Source of the DNA: Epithemia pelagica
Taxonomy: Eukaryota > Protista > Bacillariophyta
DNA: 64,000 nt
Direction: 5' to 3'
NCBI GenBank assembly: GCA_946965045.2
Contig: OX337232.1
Coordinates: 310,001-374,000 of the forward strand
A program made the position numbers and the translations under genes. Under the pieces are notes generated by a model. That model saw nothing but the letters and a program-made list of their open reading frames with translations. It had not been told where the DNA came from and did not search any database. Below are positions 49,113-60,779 of this stretch, piece by piece. Every line of letters begins with the position of its first letter. Within the stretch, counting starts at the first letter, position 1.

Positions 49113-49694
49113 TTACGTCAGCCAAGGCAAAGAGCTTCCCTGTTCGGCCGCCGTCTGCTTCTTGAGCCAAGCTACAGTCCCGTCAATCAATAAATTAGTG
49201 TGTTGATTGGTACTCATAGACAGGCTTTTAGGAGTCACACCTTTCTTTGCATCAATCAATGCTTGGATATCATGTTTTTTCTTTTCGGTATTTGTCTCCA
49301 GTTTCTTGAGTTCCAGTTGAAAGATTTCTTCTCTTTCTTTCAGTTCATCCATCTTGTTGTTTGCCATATATGCAATGCCTAAAGGTACAACTGCAGAAAA
49401 TGCAGAAATTGCAACATAAAACGCAGCAATAGTATTTGCAGTGTCAGCTCTGTCCAGAGACTTTTGGGCTGCCTCGACATTCGCCACTTGGAGCTCTTCT
49501 GCGTTCATTTCGGACGGCTGCTTCGGTTCTTTGTCATCAGAGCTCGTACTAGAAAGAAAGAAGTTTGTGTAAGAAATCTGGGTCCTCAAAGGACGGGTCG
49601 GCGAGAATGCCACCGTCGCTTTTACAGAAAGAAGCACGGCAATCAGCAAAGCTCCCAACAGGGACAAAAACAGAGATTGCCATTTGCTTGTCAT
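49113..49694 (-). CDS. Gene X copy 4 (most diverged)
   Basis: MTSKW...ATVA-FSP, with the same TM and C-terminus and a shorter coiled coil. Confidence 0.7.
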   Translation of the reverse strand: MTSKWQSLFLSLLGALLIAVLLSVKATVAFSPTRPLRTQISYTNFFLSSTSSDDKEPKQPSEMNAEELQVANVEAAQKSLDRADTANTIAAFYVAISAFSAVVPLGIAYMANNKMDELKEREEIFQLELKKLETNTEKKKHDIQALIDAKKGVTPKSLSMSTNQHTNLLIDGTVAWLKKQTAAEQGSSLPWLT

Positions 49695-50198
49695 CTTGCT
49701 AAAGAGGGGACACAAACAATTCACTTTATCAGAAACTCTTCCGGAATTTGCACGGCTATTCTTGTCAACAAACGTTTTAATCTCAAGAAATGGCGACAAC
49801 GAAGACATTCTTTCGATCTACAGAGACCGATAGCTGGGGTAAATGGTTCCCGTTCAAGTCCATTCTTACAAAAATGGAGCGGTTGCTGATAACTCACAAC
49901 ATGACAACTATCACACTTCAGCCATATATAGAAGGCTAGAGATTGCAAACCATCTTTTGGAAGGTGCGTGGCCATGACACATCAGCATCCGATGGCAAAA
50001 CAAAAAACAGAGGCGATATCAAACACAAACCTTTTTTTCGTAGCAACTAGCAACAAAACTAGGTCTTGTCTCTCACTGCGACAACAAGAAAGGGTTGAAG
50101 AGTGTGTGGACTGCGCTCAAGTTTGAAAGAGTGTGCAACAAGCAACAAGCAACAACAACAAGGCTTTGTGTGGTGGTGATATCGAATTCGAAAGGGCC

Positions 50199-51917
50199 AT
50201 GGTGGTGGTGACGGCACGATCGTCCTTGTTGTGTTCCTACCTTTCTCGTTGTCGTTGTCCACTCTCGATTCTGGGTGTGTCCACTCCACAGCAGTGGCTG
50301 TTTCCCTTCGCAATTGTTCGCAACAAGAACAACAAGACTTGCAGCAACAGCACCAGGAGTCCGTCTTCTTCTCGAGAACGACCGTATTCTTCGTCTTCTT
50401 CCACAGTGGTGCATCGTCGTCGGAGTGGTCGAGGCAGCATCAAACGGTCCAGTCTGGTATCCGCGGTAGCCTTGTGGTATTGGTGTTGGACCTCGTGTGC
50501 CATTCGTCCCGTGCAGTGTTGGGCTTCCATTCCTCTTTCTGTCTCTTCTTGGAGTCGTACCGCGTTGGTTCGACTCCAGCATTCTCGCATTGCTCGGCTT
50601 CGAGGAGGAGGTAGTAGTGCCGGAGCCAATTGTCTTCCAAGCCTTACAACAACGCGTCTAGCATCTACCACCACGAATCCTACAACAACAACAACAACAA
50701 CGACCATATCCCCTCCCAGCATCATGTCGTCCTCCTCGGCGGCGGAGAAATTGGCCGCCTTGCGAGCGCAACTGCAAACGCACCACATGGATGTCTACCT
50801 GGTTCCCAGTGATGATCCACATTTGTCGGGTACGTAATAGAGTCTTGGTTGTCTTGTTTGTGTGTGTGTAATTCTCTCCACGAGAGAAATCTTGGTGGTG
50901 GTCTCGGTATTGGAATGAGGCTGGATTGAATTTGGATGCGAGTGCTTGGGTCTTGCAAAAACAAGGTTTGCCGACCACCCTGACCATTCCGCAATGGTTG
51001 GCCCAACAGGCCGCCTTGTATTATAGAAGCCATGGCATGGCCTTGCGGATTGGTATAGATCCCTACGTTCACACTGCCTCCTTTCCCAGTGATTTGCAAG
51101 CCGCCTTGAAGGAGGCCCAACAGGGCCCGGAACCACCACCCAAACAGGACGACGACCAGGATGACGACGATGCCTTTATTGGAGAATTGGTCACCTTGTC
51201 CAGTGACGACCTTGTCCAGTGACGATCTGGATAAACCGCGCCTTAGTTTGGTCGATGTCATTTGGAAGGATCGTCCCACCTTGCTGTTGTCGCCCTTTCG
51301 GGTTCATGCCTTGGAACATGCCGGTGTCTCCTGGCAGGAAAAGGTGGCTCGCGTCCGACACGCCATGGCCCAAGGTGGCAATTCCAAGACACAGAAATCA
51401 TCGTCCACTCCACATCCTTGTACCTTGGCCGTGTTTGGGACACTGGACGATGTTCCCTATTTACTCAATATCCATGCGACGGGAGATATCGATACGTACG
51501 TGCGTGTGAAAGAAAAGGACAGAAAGAGAGAGAGAGAACGAAAGAGAATTGGACTGCGTTTGAGGGAAATTCATCTCACGAAAATGAGTACTGTTTCTTT
51601 TTGATTCCCTCTTCTTTTTGTTGTTTCCTTATGGACTCGTGAATGAATGAAACGCTCGTTTTGGTTTCTTTGTTTGTTGGGTGGACGTGTGTTTCTGGAA
51701 TCAATCTTGGATTCGTCGTTTGGGTAACACCCTACACAAACATACAGTTGTCCGGTGGACATTGCCTATGCGACCATCTCGAACGATCAAGTGTGTTTGT
51801 ATTGCGATTCAGCCAAAGTGATGGATCCGGCCATTCAAGAGCATTTGCAAGATGTGACGGTCCGACCCTACCATGCCATTGTGCCCGATATCCTGGCGCA
51901 TTGTGCCGCCGACGAGA
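50199..51917 (+). pseudogene. Xaa-Pro aminopeptidase (aminopeptidase P) N-terminal fragment
   Basis: KLAALRAQL...YLVPSDDPHLS; SRYWNEA...WVLQKQG; WQEKVARVR...LDDVPYLLNI; PVDIAYA...VRPYHAI. It has an internal deletion and no catalytic domain. Confidence 0.8.
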
Positions 51918-53760
51918 ATTGACGAGGATTCAACATAATCAAAGAATTTTCTATATCGACTGACGGATATCACGAGTGAGACCGTTCGAAGCATGGAAAT
52001 TGAAGGTGTCCAGCACTTGTCCAAGGCTACCAATGAGGACAGAAAAACATTGTTTTGAACGGAATCCAATAGTCGGGAGGGCCTTCGTCAAAGCCATCTT
52101 GACGGCTCATGAAATCTCTCAGAATGCCCTCCTGTTGGTGGATACCAGTTCGCCGTACACCCTTTTGACGACCGAGACCTTGAACGCATTGCACGTCAAG
52201 TTGGAACCCTGCGATCATCATCATCCAGATCCATCTCGCATTGTTGCTTGTGTCAAATGTGATGGTGGCCGGATTCGAATGGCAGGATGCAAAGAAAGGA
52301 CCAAGGTATACAAGTGCTGTGTTTCGGCTGTCCAGGGTTGAGTCGTACTGGTCGCGTCGCGTTGAGTTGCGTCGATGCAGCACTCGCCGAATGGACATGC
52401 AGGGGCAAATAAATGGTTTTCTGCCACAGGCAGGATCCTGCCCGCCATTTATTGGACAAGGAGGAGGAGGAGGAGGACACCCAGTGTGACTTGTGGTGGT
52501 ACTAGAAGCATTCGTGGTTTCACGCTTGTTGTTGTTGTTCTTGTGGTCGTCGTTGTAATTTGCTGGTTCGTGGTTGGAATCTTGGTACAAGGCCACTTTG
52601 AAAAGCGTCCTCGTTGTATAGACATATAGTACTCCGTGGGCGTGCGTAGGCGTATTCATGCCCGTATCGTGATGGTTGTCGTCCGTGGTTGGTTCCGTTT
52701 TGACTGGTGGCGATGGTTTTTGATAATGCACTTGTACCTGCAAGTCTCCATAGGCCTCGGCCTGGACTCAGTATAGTGGACCAGGTCAGCCTGTGGATGT
52801 TGACAAATCAGTTCGATCAGCAAGCGATCCCACAATTAGAACCAGCCGACCATGCTCACAGTGATCAATTCATGATGGTGCTGTTGCCCCCCTGGTTGTG
52901 CTTGTTGTTGCCGCAACAAAGTGGATGTCAGGTCCCATTCACACGATACTGGGAAGAGATTGCCATTCGCTTCTTCTTGTGCACCCAACAAAGTCCTATG
53001 CTTCAATTCTTTGCACTAATCGTTATATCTCTTCTATTTTATTCAGTTGGAGGCCAAAAAATCTATTCGCATAATTTCCCGTCGGATCGTCCCAAAACCC
53101 CATTTGTTCTGCCATGGTCTCGACGTAGGACTTTTACGTCAGCCAAGGCAAAGAGCTTCCCTGTTCGGCCGCCGTCTGCTTCTTGAGCCAAGCTACAGTC
53201 CCGTCAATCAATAAATTAGTGTGTTGATTGGTACTCATAGACAGGCTTTTAGGAGTCACACCTTTCTTTGCATCAATCAATGCTTGAATTTCATCCTTCT
53301 TCTTTTGGTTGTCTGTGTCGAGCTTCTTGAGCTCCAACTGAAAGATTCGGTCTTCCATGCGCATAGCATCCATCTTAATGTTTGCCATATATGCAATGCC
53401 CAAAGGTACAACTGCAGAAATTGCAACAGAAATCGCAGCAATCGTATTTGCCGTGCCAGCAATAGTGTTTGCAGTTTCAGCTTTGTCAACAGACTGTTGA
53501 GCTGCCTCGACATTTGCCACTTGGAGCTCTTCGGCGTTCATATCAGACGGCTGCTTCGGATCTTTGTCAGAGTTTTTACTACAAAGACAGAAGTTTTGGT
53601 AAGAAATCTGGGCCCTCAAAGGACGGGTCGGCGAGAATGCCACCGTCGCTTTTACAGAAAGAAGCACGGCAATTAGCAAGCTTCCCAACAAGCAACACCA
53701 TTTGTCTCTCATTTTGCTAAAGAAGGGACACAAACAATTCAATTGATCAGAATTTCTTTT
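51918..53760. repeat. Direct duplicate of about 47895-49750 (peptidase-like remnant + gene X)
   Basis: Near-identical sequence starting attgacgaggattcaacataatc. Confidence 0.9.
53134..53712 (-). CDS. Gene X copy 5
   Basis: MRDKW start, with a different number of internal repeats. Confidence 0.7.
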   Translation of the reverse strand: MRDKWCCLLGSLLIAVLLSVKATVAFSPTRPLRAQISYQNFCLCSKNSDKDPKQPSDMNAEELQVANVEAAQQSVDKAETANTIAGTANTIAAISVAISAVVPLGIAYMANIKMDAMRMEDRIFQLELKKLDTDNQKKKDEIQALIDAKKGVTPKSLSMSTNQHTNLLIDGTVAWLKKQTAAEQGSSLPWLT

Positions 53761-54247
53761 TTAATTTGCACCGCTATTCTTGGCGACAGACGTTAATCTC
53801 AAGAAATGGCGACAACAGTGGTGGGTTGAAAGAGAGAAGAGAGACTCAGAGCTCAGAGGATTGTCGGTGGAAATCGCCACGTCAGTGTGTTCGAGCTTAA
53901 CAACTCGTATTTTTGCGCGACCAAGAACTAGTCGAGATAAGCCCCTTTCTGGGAGGCACACTTCCTATTGGTTGGAGAGATTGGAGATGGTCTGACTCAG
54001 CGTCAGGTTTTAGGGAAGGTAGGTGGTGGGGGTGCTAGTGGTAGGAGGTAGGTCAAAATGTCCCCATGGGAATGATCCCATCTACCTCCCAGGTCCCCGT
54101 CCATAAAAATCGTGACTAATAGGTTTACGGTTTACATGCGTGTGAAGTGTCTCCTGTCCCCGTGGGAGTACCGACTGCCAGGTTAGATAGACTCCCATGT
54201 ATTCCCGTGCACGGGAATAGGTCACGATATTGTCTAGGAGTACTTCT

Positions 54248-54842
54248 AACAGCATTCCCTATCAAGATTTGTACAAATACAATGATTCCGTATGGGGTGT
54301 CGAAAAGAAACGCCTGGTAGAGTCTGGTGAGAATCCATGTAGGACAGTTCCAGTTGCATATACAGAGGATGGCCATCATTTGAGCCAGCACATTGCCATG
54401 GCTCGGTACTTTGCCCGTATCAACAAGTTGGATTCGGGAGATGCATGGAAGGATTACGTCCAAGACGTCATTGCCGATGAATACCAGGGATTCCGCAATA
54501 TCTGGGTCGAAAAGTCTTTTGCAAGCACGGAGGAGCAAAAGGCCGAATACGTATACAAGACTGTACCCGAGCTATTAACCAAGTTTGAGGCCCTGTACAA
54601 AAAATACAAGACAACGGGCAAGGATCAAGGATCAAGCATATTTGAGCACCAGTCCATCTGGTTCTCCCTTGTGGGGAGATACAGCCATGTTCAGCATTTT
54701 GTACGATCACATTCAACTGGGTCACTTTACGGAAGAAACTTTAACGTCCTCGTACCCGCACTTGTCCGCCTTGTACAAAGTATTCATGGCCATTCCAGCT
54801 GTCACAGAATGGATCCAACGCAAAACACCATCCACAAACTAA
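54248..54842 (+). pseudogene. 5'-truncated, frameshifted GST copy
   Basis: Same 5' breakpoint as the array copies; has the +7 duplication but not the -22 deletion. Confidence 0.8.
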
Positions 54843-55392
54843 GATGAAATGTTTATAGAGAGAATAAATAATGAATCGTCTGATTCATTGTAGAAATAAA
54901 CAAATTACAGAACATTACTGAAACTATCGAATGGCCTCATGTAGTCTTGAGAGTGAATATCAGTGCGTGCCGTCTCATACTATTCCTTGTTGGCATGCAT
55001 TCAAATACAAGCTACTACCAAAGTTCGAACTCCCAACAACAACATACAATGGATCGAGGGAGGTTGGATTGGGTTGGAACCCCAAACCGAATCCCTCGTA
55101 GCTTTCTGTAGTATAGTTTTAAACCAAACCAATGGGGATTTCTACGGTCTTTATAACGATTCGTTCTAGTAGAATCCATTGGGACTCGTTCAGTACGCCA
55201 TGGCATTGTGAAATGGCAACACACTCGGTTCATGCCTCGGGTCCGTTGTGTGCGCATGTATCACATTCCATGTTGACGTGTGTGTGCCACGAACACCCTC
55301 CTCCTCAATGGAAGGCACCATTGGCCGGCACACTGGTTGTTCTTGTTATTCTTGTTCGTGTTGTTCGTCGACCCTTGTGATTGTGGTTGGAA

Positions 55393-56085
55393 CTATCCTC
55401 CGAATCGGGGATCATTGTTGTTGTCGGGTGTGTAGGTAATGCCCTGTTCGGCCATGACTTGTTCGAGCCGACCTTGAATGGCTTGTGCTTCCGCCGTATT
55501 CCCCAAGGCGACTTGACGTTTCAATTCCAATTTCAAGTCCTCCAAACGTTCCAGCGTGGCCTCCAAGCCTTTGTCGTCTTGTTGTTGCCCCGCCACTTCG
55601 ACAAAGTCGAGTTGGGGCAATTTCAACCAGGGCAAGGGATCTTGTGGCACGGCCCGATCCTGGTCGTCCAACAGTGGCCGAAATGCGGAATTGGAATAGC
55701 CACGACCATCTTGCAAAAAGGCTCCCAATCCTTGATCGCCCTCCAATTGTTTGTTAATGAGACCTTGGGCCGTACTGCCAATCGCCAATGCCAAGACTAC
55801 CAGGAACCACGGAGAGATGCTGTCCAGGGTAATGATTGGATCCATGGAAGACGAAGAAGCATCGTCCAATAGATTGCGAGCCACACGAAACGAGTTTTTT
55901 CGGAAAGAGGCCGAATGGCAACAAAAAAAAGAAACAGGGGGTCGACGACGGGTTGATGTGGTTGTGGAGCCAACGGCGGTTCCTCGTGTGGAAGAAGGAA
56001 CGACGACCGGGACGGAAAACGCTTGGACCGAGGCACCCGCCAACAAGCGCCAAAAGACGCCGACGCCGAGAAATGATGACACCAT
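55393..56085 (-). CDS. Gene Y: putative plastid-targeted membrane protein
   Basis: MVSSFLGVGVFWRLLAGASVQA-FSVP (ASAFAP-like); TM PWFLVVLALAIG; GLGAFLQDGRGY...DPLPWLKLPQLDFVEV; C-terminal coiled coil. Confidence 0.7.
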   Translation of the reverse strand: MVSSFLGVGVFWRLLAGASVQAFSVPVVVPSSTRGTAVGSTTTSTRRRPPVSFFCCHSASFRKNSFRVARNLLDDASSSSMDPIITLDSISPWFLVVLALAIGSTAQGLINKQLEGDQGLGAFLQDGRGYSNSAFRPLLDDQDRAVPQDPLPWLKLPQLDFVEVAGQQQDDKGLEATLERLEDLKLELKRQVALGNTAEAQAIQGRLEQVMAEQGITYTPDNNNDPRFGG

Positions 56086-57118
56086 GACCAACGGGTTGGC
56101 AAGACGACGCATGGTTGGAAAGTTTCTGTGTTTGCCAGTTCTATCGTACGCCTCTATCTTATAGGCACCACAACGCTGATGGCAAGTGCGTGCTCTTCAC
56201 GATATACGGATAGTTTCTTAGTCTCGCTAGGAAGGAACGCCGCCATGGTGGACTTAAACCCAAGATCCAACGATTGGGTGTGTTCACGAACGGGACCAGG
56301 AGCAAAGTTTCAAGCGTCCGGTCTAAGATACAAGTGTATTTCTTATTATTCGGAGGCCGCTTCTGACCGCTCAAAGAGTATACAATAGCTTTTCCGTCGC
56401 GCGAAACCAATGGTACTTTCAGTTCTACAGTGCTTTGTTTTGTACTATTCGATGCTAGTCAAACGAATGATCGGTCTCGACGTCAGGCATTACGTACAAC
56501 AGCGTCCTCCCCGGAACACGAATGAGAATTGCACAGGTGGATGATCCCGATGGTTCGGACCGTGACACGAATCCATCAACCAACAACGAGTTGTCGGCGA
56601 AGTGCGAAGAGATACATGTCTTGTCTTCGGTGGGAAAGTGCAAGCGTTGCTGCAACGACCAATGGTCTTGGACCAACCACAAAACACAGAGAAGAATCGA
56701 ATTCAATTGTTGTCAATTGGCAAACAGACACACACATCTCGGAGATACCGAAAAAGAGAGTCACGTACGATCCATGATGGGTGAGCACCATCAACTGAGA
56801 GAAAGTAAAAAGATACTACTGGATCGGATGAATGGTGGTGGTTTCTGGTCCATGTAGAGTGTCGTCGTCGAATCTGGACTGACCCAAGTTTCTTCCCTCC
56901 TCCATGCCACACAGAATTCTGAACTACCTCTAGAACAATCGAGAGAAACCGAACCACCCACACACAAGAGAGTGGTACGTACGTCCATTCTGTATTGTTT
57001 CTCGAGGCCCATTGGCATGTCTCCCGAATGAATCCTTGCTGGATGGATTCGACGTGACGACGACTGACCCCCCTCTGTCTGGTTGGTTGGTGTTCTGTGG
57101 TGTGTGTACGTGTGTCTC

Positions 57119-57150
<32 letters not shown>

Positions 57151-57219
57151 AGGTTTGTCATTGAGGGTGCGACTCTCTACTCGATTGCGGTAGTAGTAGT
57201 AGCGTCCCATCTTGGATGA

Positions 57220-60092
57220 ATGGTGGGAATCGCAGGGATGAGCCATTACGAACCGCCACCACTCGTCGGCGACCGACCAGCAACCATGGACACACCACCA
57301 CCATCACATGAGCGTTCCTCCCGGATGGAGTGTGACTGCGGTTCCAACTGTCATTCCTTCCATCACCCGTTGCATCATTCTTTGTACAACAACAACAACG
57401 ACGACGACAACAAGGTTCGGGTTGTGGCGGAACCTAGTAGGGGCGAGGAATTCACGACTGCGGCTGCTGCCGCATGGGACAGTCCAGACTATGTTCCGAC
57501 CATGCGAAACAAGGCCACCATTACTCTTCCCTTCCAGTCTGCTCCATCCGAGGACCATGATGATCACAGGAAAGAAGACAATCAAGAAGTGAACCCACTG
57601 TTGCTTTCGCGAAGCAAACATTCTACCGAGACCACCACGACTGTAAACGAAGGGCTCCAACCACTAGCATCCCACCACGAAAACGATCATGATGACAATC
57701 CTCCTGAGATGGACCATGATGAGGATGATAATGGTCCCGACTATGAAGCCATGGCACGACGAAATGGTATGCACTATACCTTGACACAAGTCCCACCGTC
57801 CTTGTGGATTACCTTTTTGTTGGGTGGTCAACAATTCTTGACCATGTTGGGCAGTACCGTCTTGATTCCACTCGTGATTGTCCCACCCATGGGGGGAACA
57901 CCGGCGCAAACGGCGCACGTGCTGGGGACCCTCCTGGTCGTGTCGGGTGTGGCCACCTTGTTGCAAACCTGTCTGGGCAATCGATTGCCCATTGTGCAAG
58001 GAGGGAGCTTTACCTATTTGCCAGCCACGCTTGGGATTATCCGACATCCCCAACTCCAAGCCATTGTCGATCCTCAAGAACGATTGGAACAGTGTATGCA
58101 AGTCGTGTCGGGAGCATTCTTGGTACGTGCAAATCGAATGGGTCTTCTCGAGCGACAAGAGTCCATATAATGCTCGAGGGCCATGACGACAGGGACGAAC
58201 CAGTGCTGACAATTTTTTGCTGTTGCTCATTGTTTTCTATTGGTTCTGTCACTCTGATTTGGTTCCTACGATTGTCTACGATATCCATACGAATACAGGT
58301 GGTCGGTCTGGTCCAAATGACTCTGGGCTTTTCGGGTGTCATGATTCCCCTGTTGCGGTACATTTCTCCCGTGACGGTCGCCACGGGATTCTCGGCCGTG
58401 GGATTGGGATTGTACGCCTTGGGGTTTGCCAATGTGGCCTCTTGTTTTCCCATGGGGTTGACCATGATGGTCTTGACCATTGGCTTGAGCAAAGGCACGA
58501 GTCGGGGTCGAACCAGCACTGGACGACAAGCACCATTGGAGATGACAACGACAAGTAGCAACAACAGTAGGCATGGTCACCCCTCCCAACAAAAGAAGAA
58601 GCAAAAGAAGAGAAAAGCATCCAAATCGATTCGGAGCAGCAGCATGTCACCTCAAGAGACGTTTCAAAGGGCACAGCCCTCCAAGCCAGGAACAAACCAA
58701 ACCATGAAAGGTACCAATGCCATTTCCAATGACGATACCACGGCACATGCTGCTGCTTCTTCCACAAGGCCGTCAACAATGGATTCCGTATGGAACATGA
58801 TTGCCTTGGTTCCCATTTTGACCGCCATGGGATTGACGTGGTCCTTGAGTGGTCTCTTGACGGCCGCCTCGGTCTGGGAACCCGGTCATGCCTGTCGCAC
58901 CGATTCGGCCCGACAATTGTGGTCCGAAGCACCCCTCTTTCGCATTCCCTATCCAGGACAATGGAAGGGATTCCGGTTTGAATCCTATGGTACGTACGTA
59001 TCGCGCAATCACGCGAATGGCAGTGACATGCGACAACTCTCTGACTTTTGCTCTTCTTTTTGTGAATGCCTTCCTCTCGATTGTTTGTCCTGGATAGCCA
59101 TTGTGCCCATGTTGGGCGGTATGATCGCCAGCATGATTGAATCCGTGGGAGATTATTATTCCTGTGCCAAACTCTCGGGTGCGCCGCCACCTCCACCTCC
59201 CATTATTTGTCGAGGATTGGCCATGGAAGGCATGGGTGCCATTGTGGCTGGATTGCTGGGAAGTGGATCCGGGACCACCTCGTACAGTGAAAATGTGGGC
59301 GCCATTGCCTTGACACGGGTGGGATCGCGTGTCGTGGTTCAAATGGCGGCGGCGACCATGATTGTCTTGGGTCTGTGGGGCAAGGTGACGGCCCTCTTGG
59401 CCGCCTTGCCGACTGGGATTGTCGGAGGCATGTACTGTGTCGTGTTTGCCGTCATTTTGGCGACGGGGCTGTCCAATCTCCAATACGTGTCCCTCACGGA
59501 TGCCGCACCCATTCAAGGGAACAATGCGCCTCGAAACCTATTTATTATTGGATTTGCCCTCTTCAATGCCTTGTCCATTGCGGGACCCGGAGGGTACTTT
59601 TCCCATGAGTTGCTTCCCCCTGAAACCGAACTGACCATGGGGGAGGAACCAGTCTTGTCCAACCACAATCCCTTTGGTGACAGCCATGGTGGTCGAATTG
59701 CCTATTCGATTTGTAGCAGTCCCATGATTATGGCCCTCTTGATTGCCCTTGTCTTGGACAATCTCATTCCAGGAACACGGCAGGAACGAGGCTTGGACTC
59801 CTGGAACCAAGTGGATTCGCAGCATTCCTCCAATCTACTACTGCGACGACAATACCAACAAGCCTATGGCTTGCCACGTGTCGTACTGGGTTTGATGGGA
59901 CGTTCGGTGGGTGTGGTGGGTGTCGGCAGTAGTGTACCCGGGGTCTCGTCGTCGTCGTCGGCGGCCTTGTCGTCGTCGGCCTTGTCATCATCGAGTGCCA
60001 CGACTCGAGAAGAGGATTGTCTGGAATCTCCTTCCACGTTGTTACCGTCCCACAAACACGGATGGTACGATCCGGAAGGTCAACCGGCATGA
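57220..60092 (+). CDS. Nucleobase-ascorbate transporter (NAT/NCS2, xanthine-uracil permease); introns 58123-58298 and 58990-59097
   Basis: QQFLTMLGSTVLIP; GNRLPIVQGGSF; signature SYSENVGAIALTRVGSR. The spliced CDS is 2589 nt and in frame. Confidence 0.93.
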
Positions 60093-60712
60093 CAGACGCA
60101 CCACACTTGGAGCCCAACTGCAGGCAGTTTCCATGGAGAGATGCTTTGAGACGCGTCCTCTCTGGTTGGGAGGGTTTTTATTCTCGTGGTGGTGGTCGCA
60201 ATTTCCAGGAAATCTCCGACAGGAGCACGGGACTGACATTCCTCCACCCCAATTCTGGAAACGGAACACTGCGCTATCGATTGGAAACGAGGCGATCCTT
60301 GCTAGCATAGAAGCATCAGTTTCAGAAATGTACATAGTATTCCTATAGACGGCTAAAAGATATATACAGTTGGGTTGTTTTCTGTCATGGATGATACGAA
60401 GTCGAGCAGACCAATCCAAGTTTAGATGGAAGCGTCATTTCATAGAAACTAAAACCGGGACAGTCTACGTATGTTTTAGAACATTTCACCGATCCCTAGC
60501 TAGCTTCAATGGATAAATCGTCCTTGGGACGCAGGTGAATCGCTGATAAAGGGTCGCGCATTATTTCCTATGCCATCAAAAAAAGTCTGTCGTCATTTTG
60601 GTTGTCGTGTGCGTGGTTGGTGGTTGGACGCCATTGTGATACGTTTGTGAGCTCCAGACCAACCCCCTCTGAGATTCTCTGTACACCATTGCCGAAAGAC
60701 CATTGATTCATT

Positions 60713-60716
<4 letters not shown>

Positions 60717-60760
<44 letters not shown>
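60717..60760. repeat. (AG)22 microsatellite just upstream of the eEF3-like ATG
   Basis: Read directly from the sequence. Confidence 0.9.
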
Positions 60761-60763
<3 letters not shown>

Positions 60764-60779
60764 GAGAATCTGGAACAAA

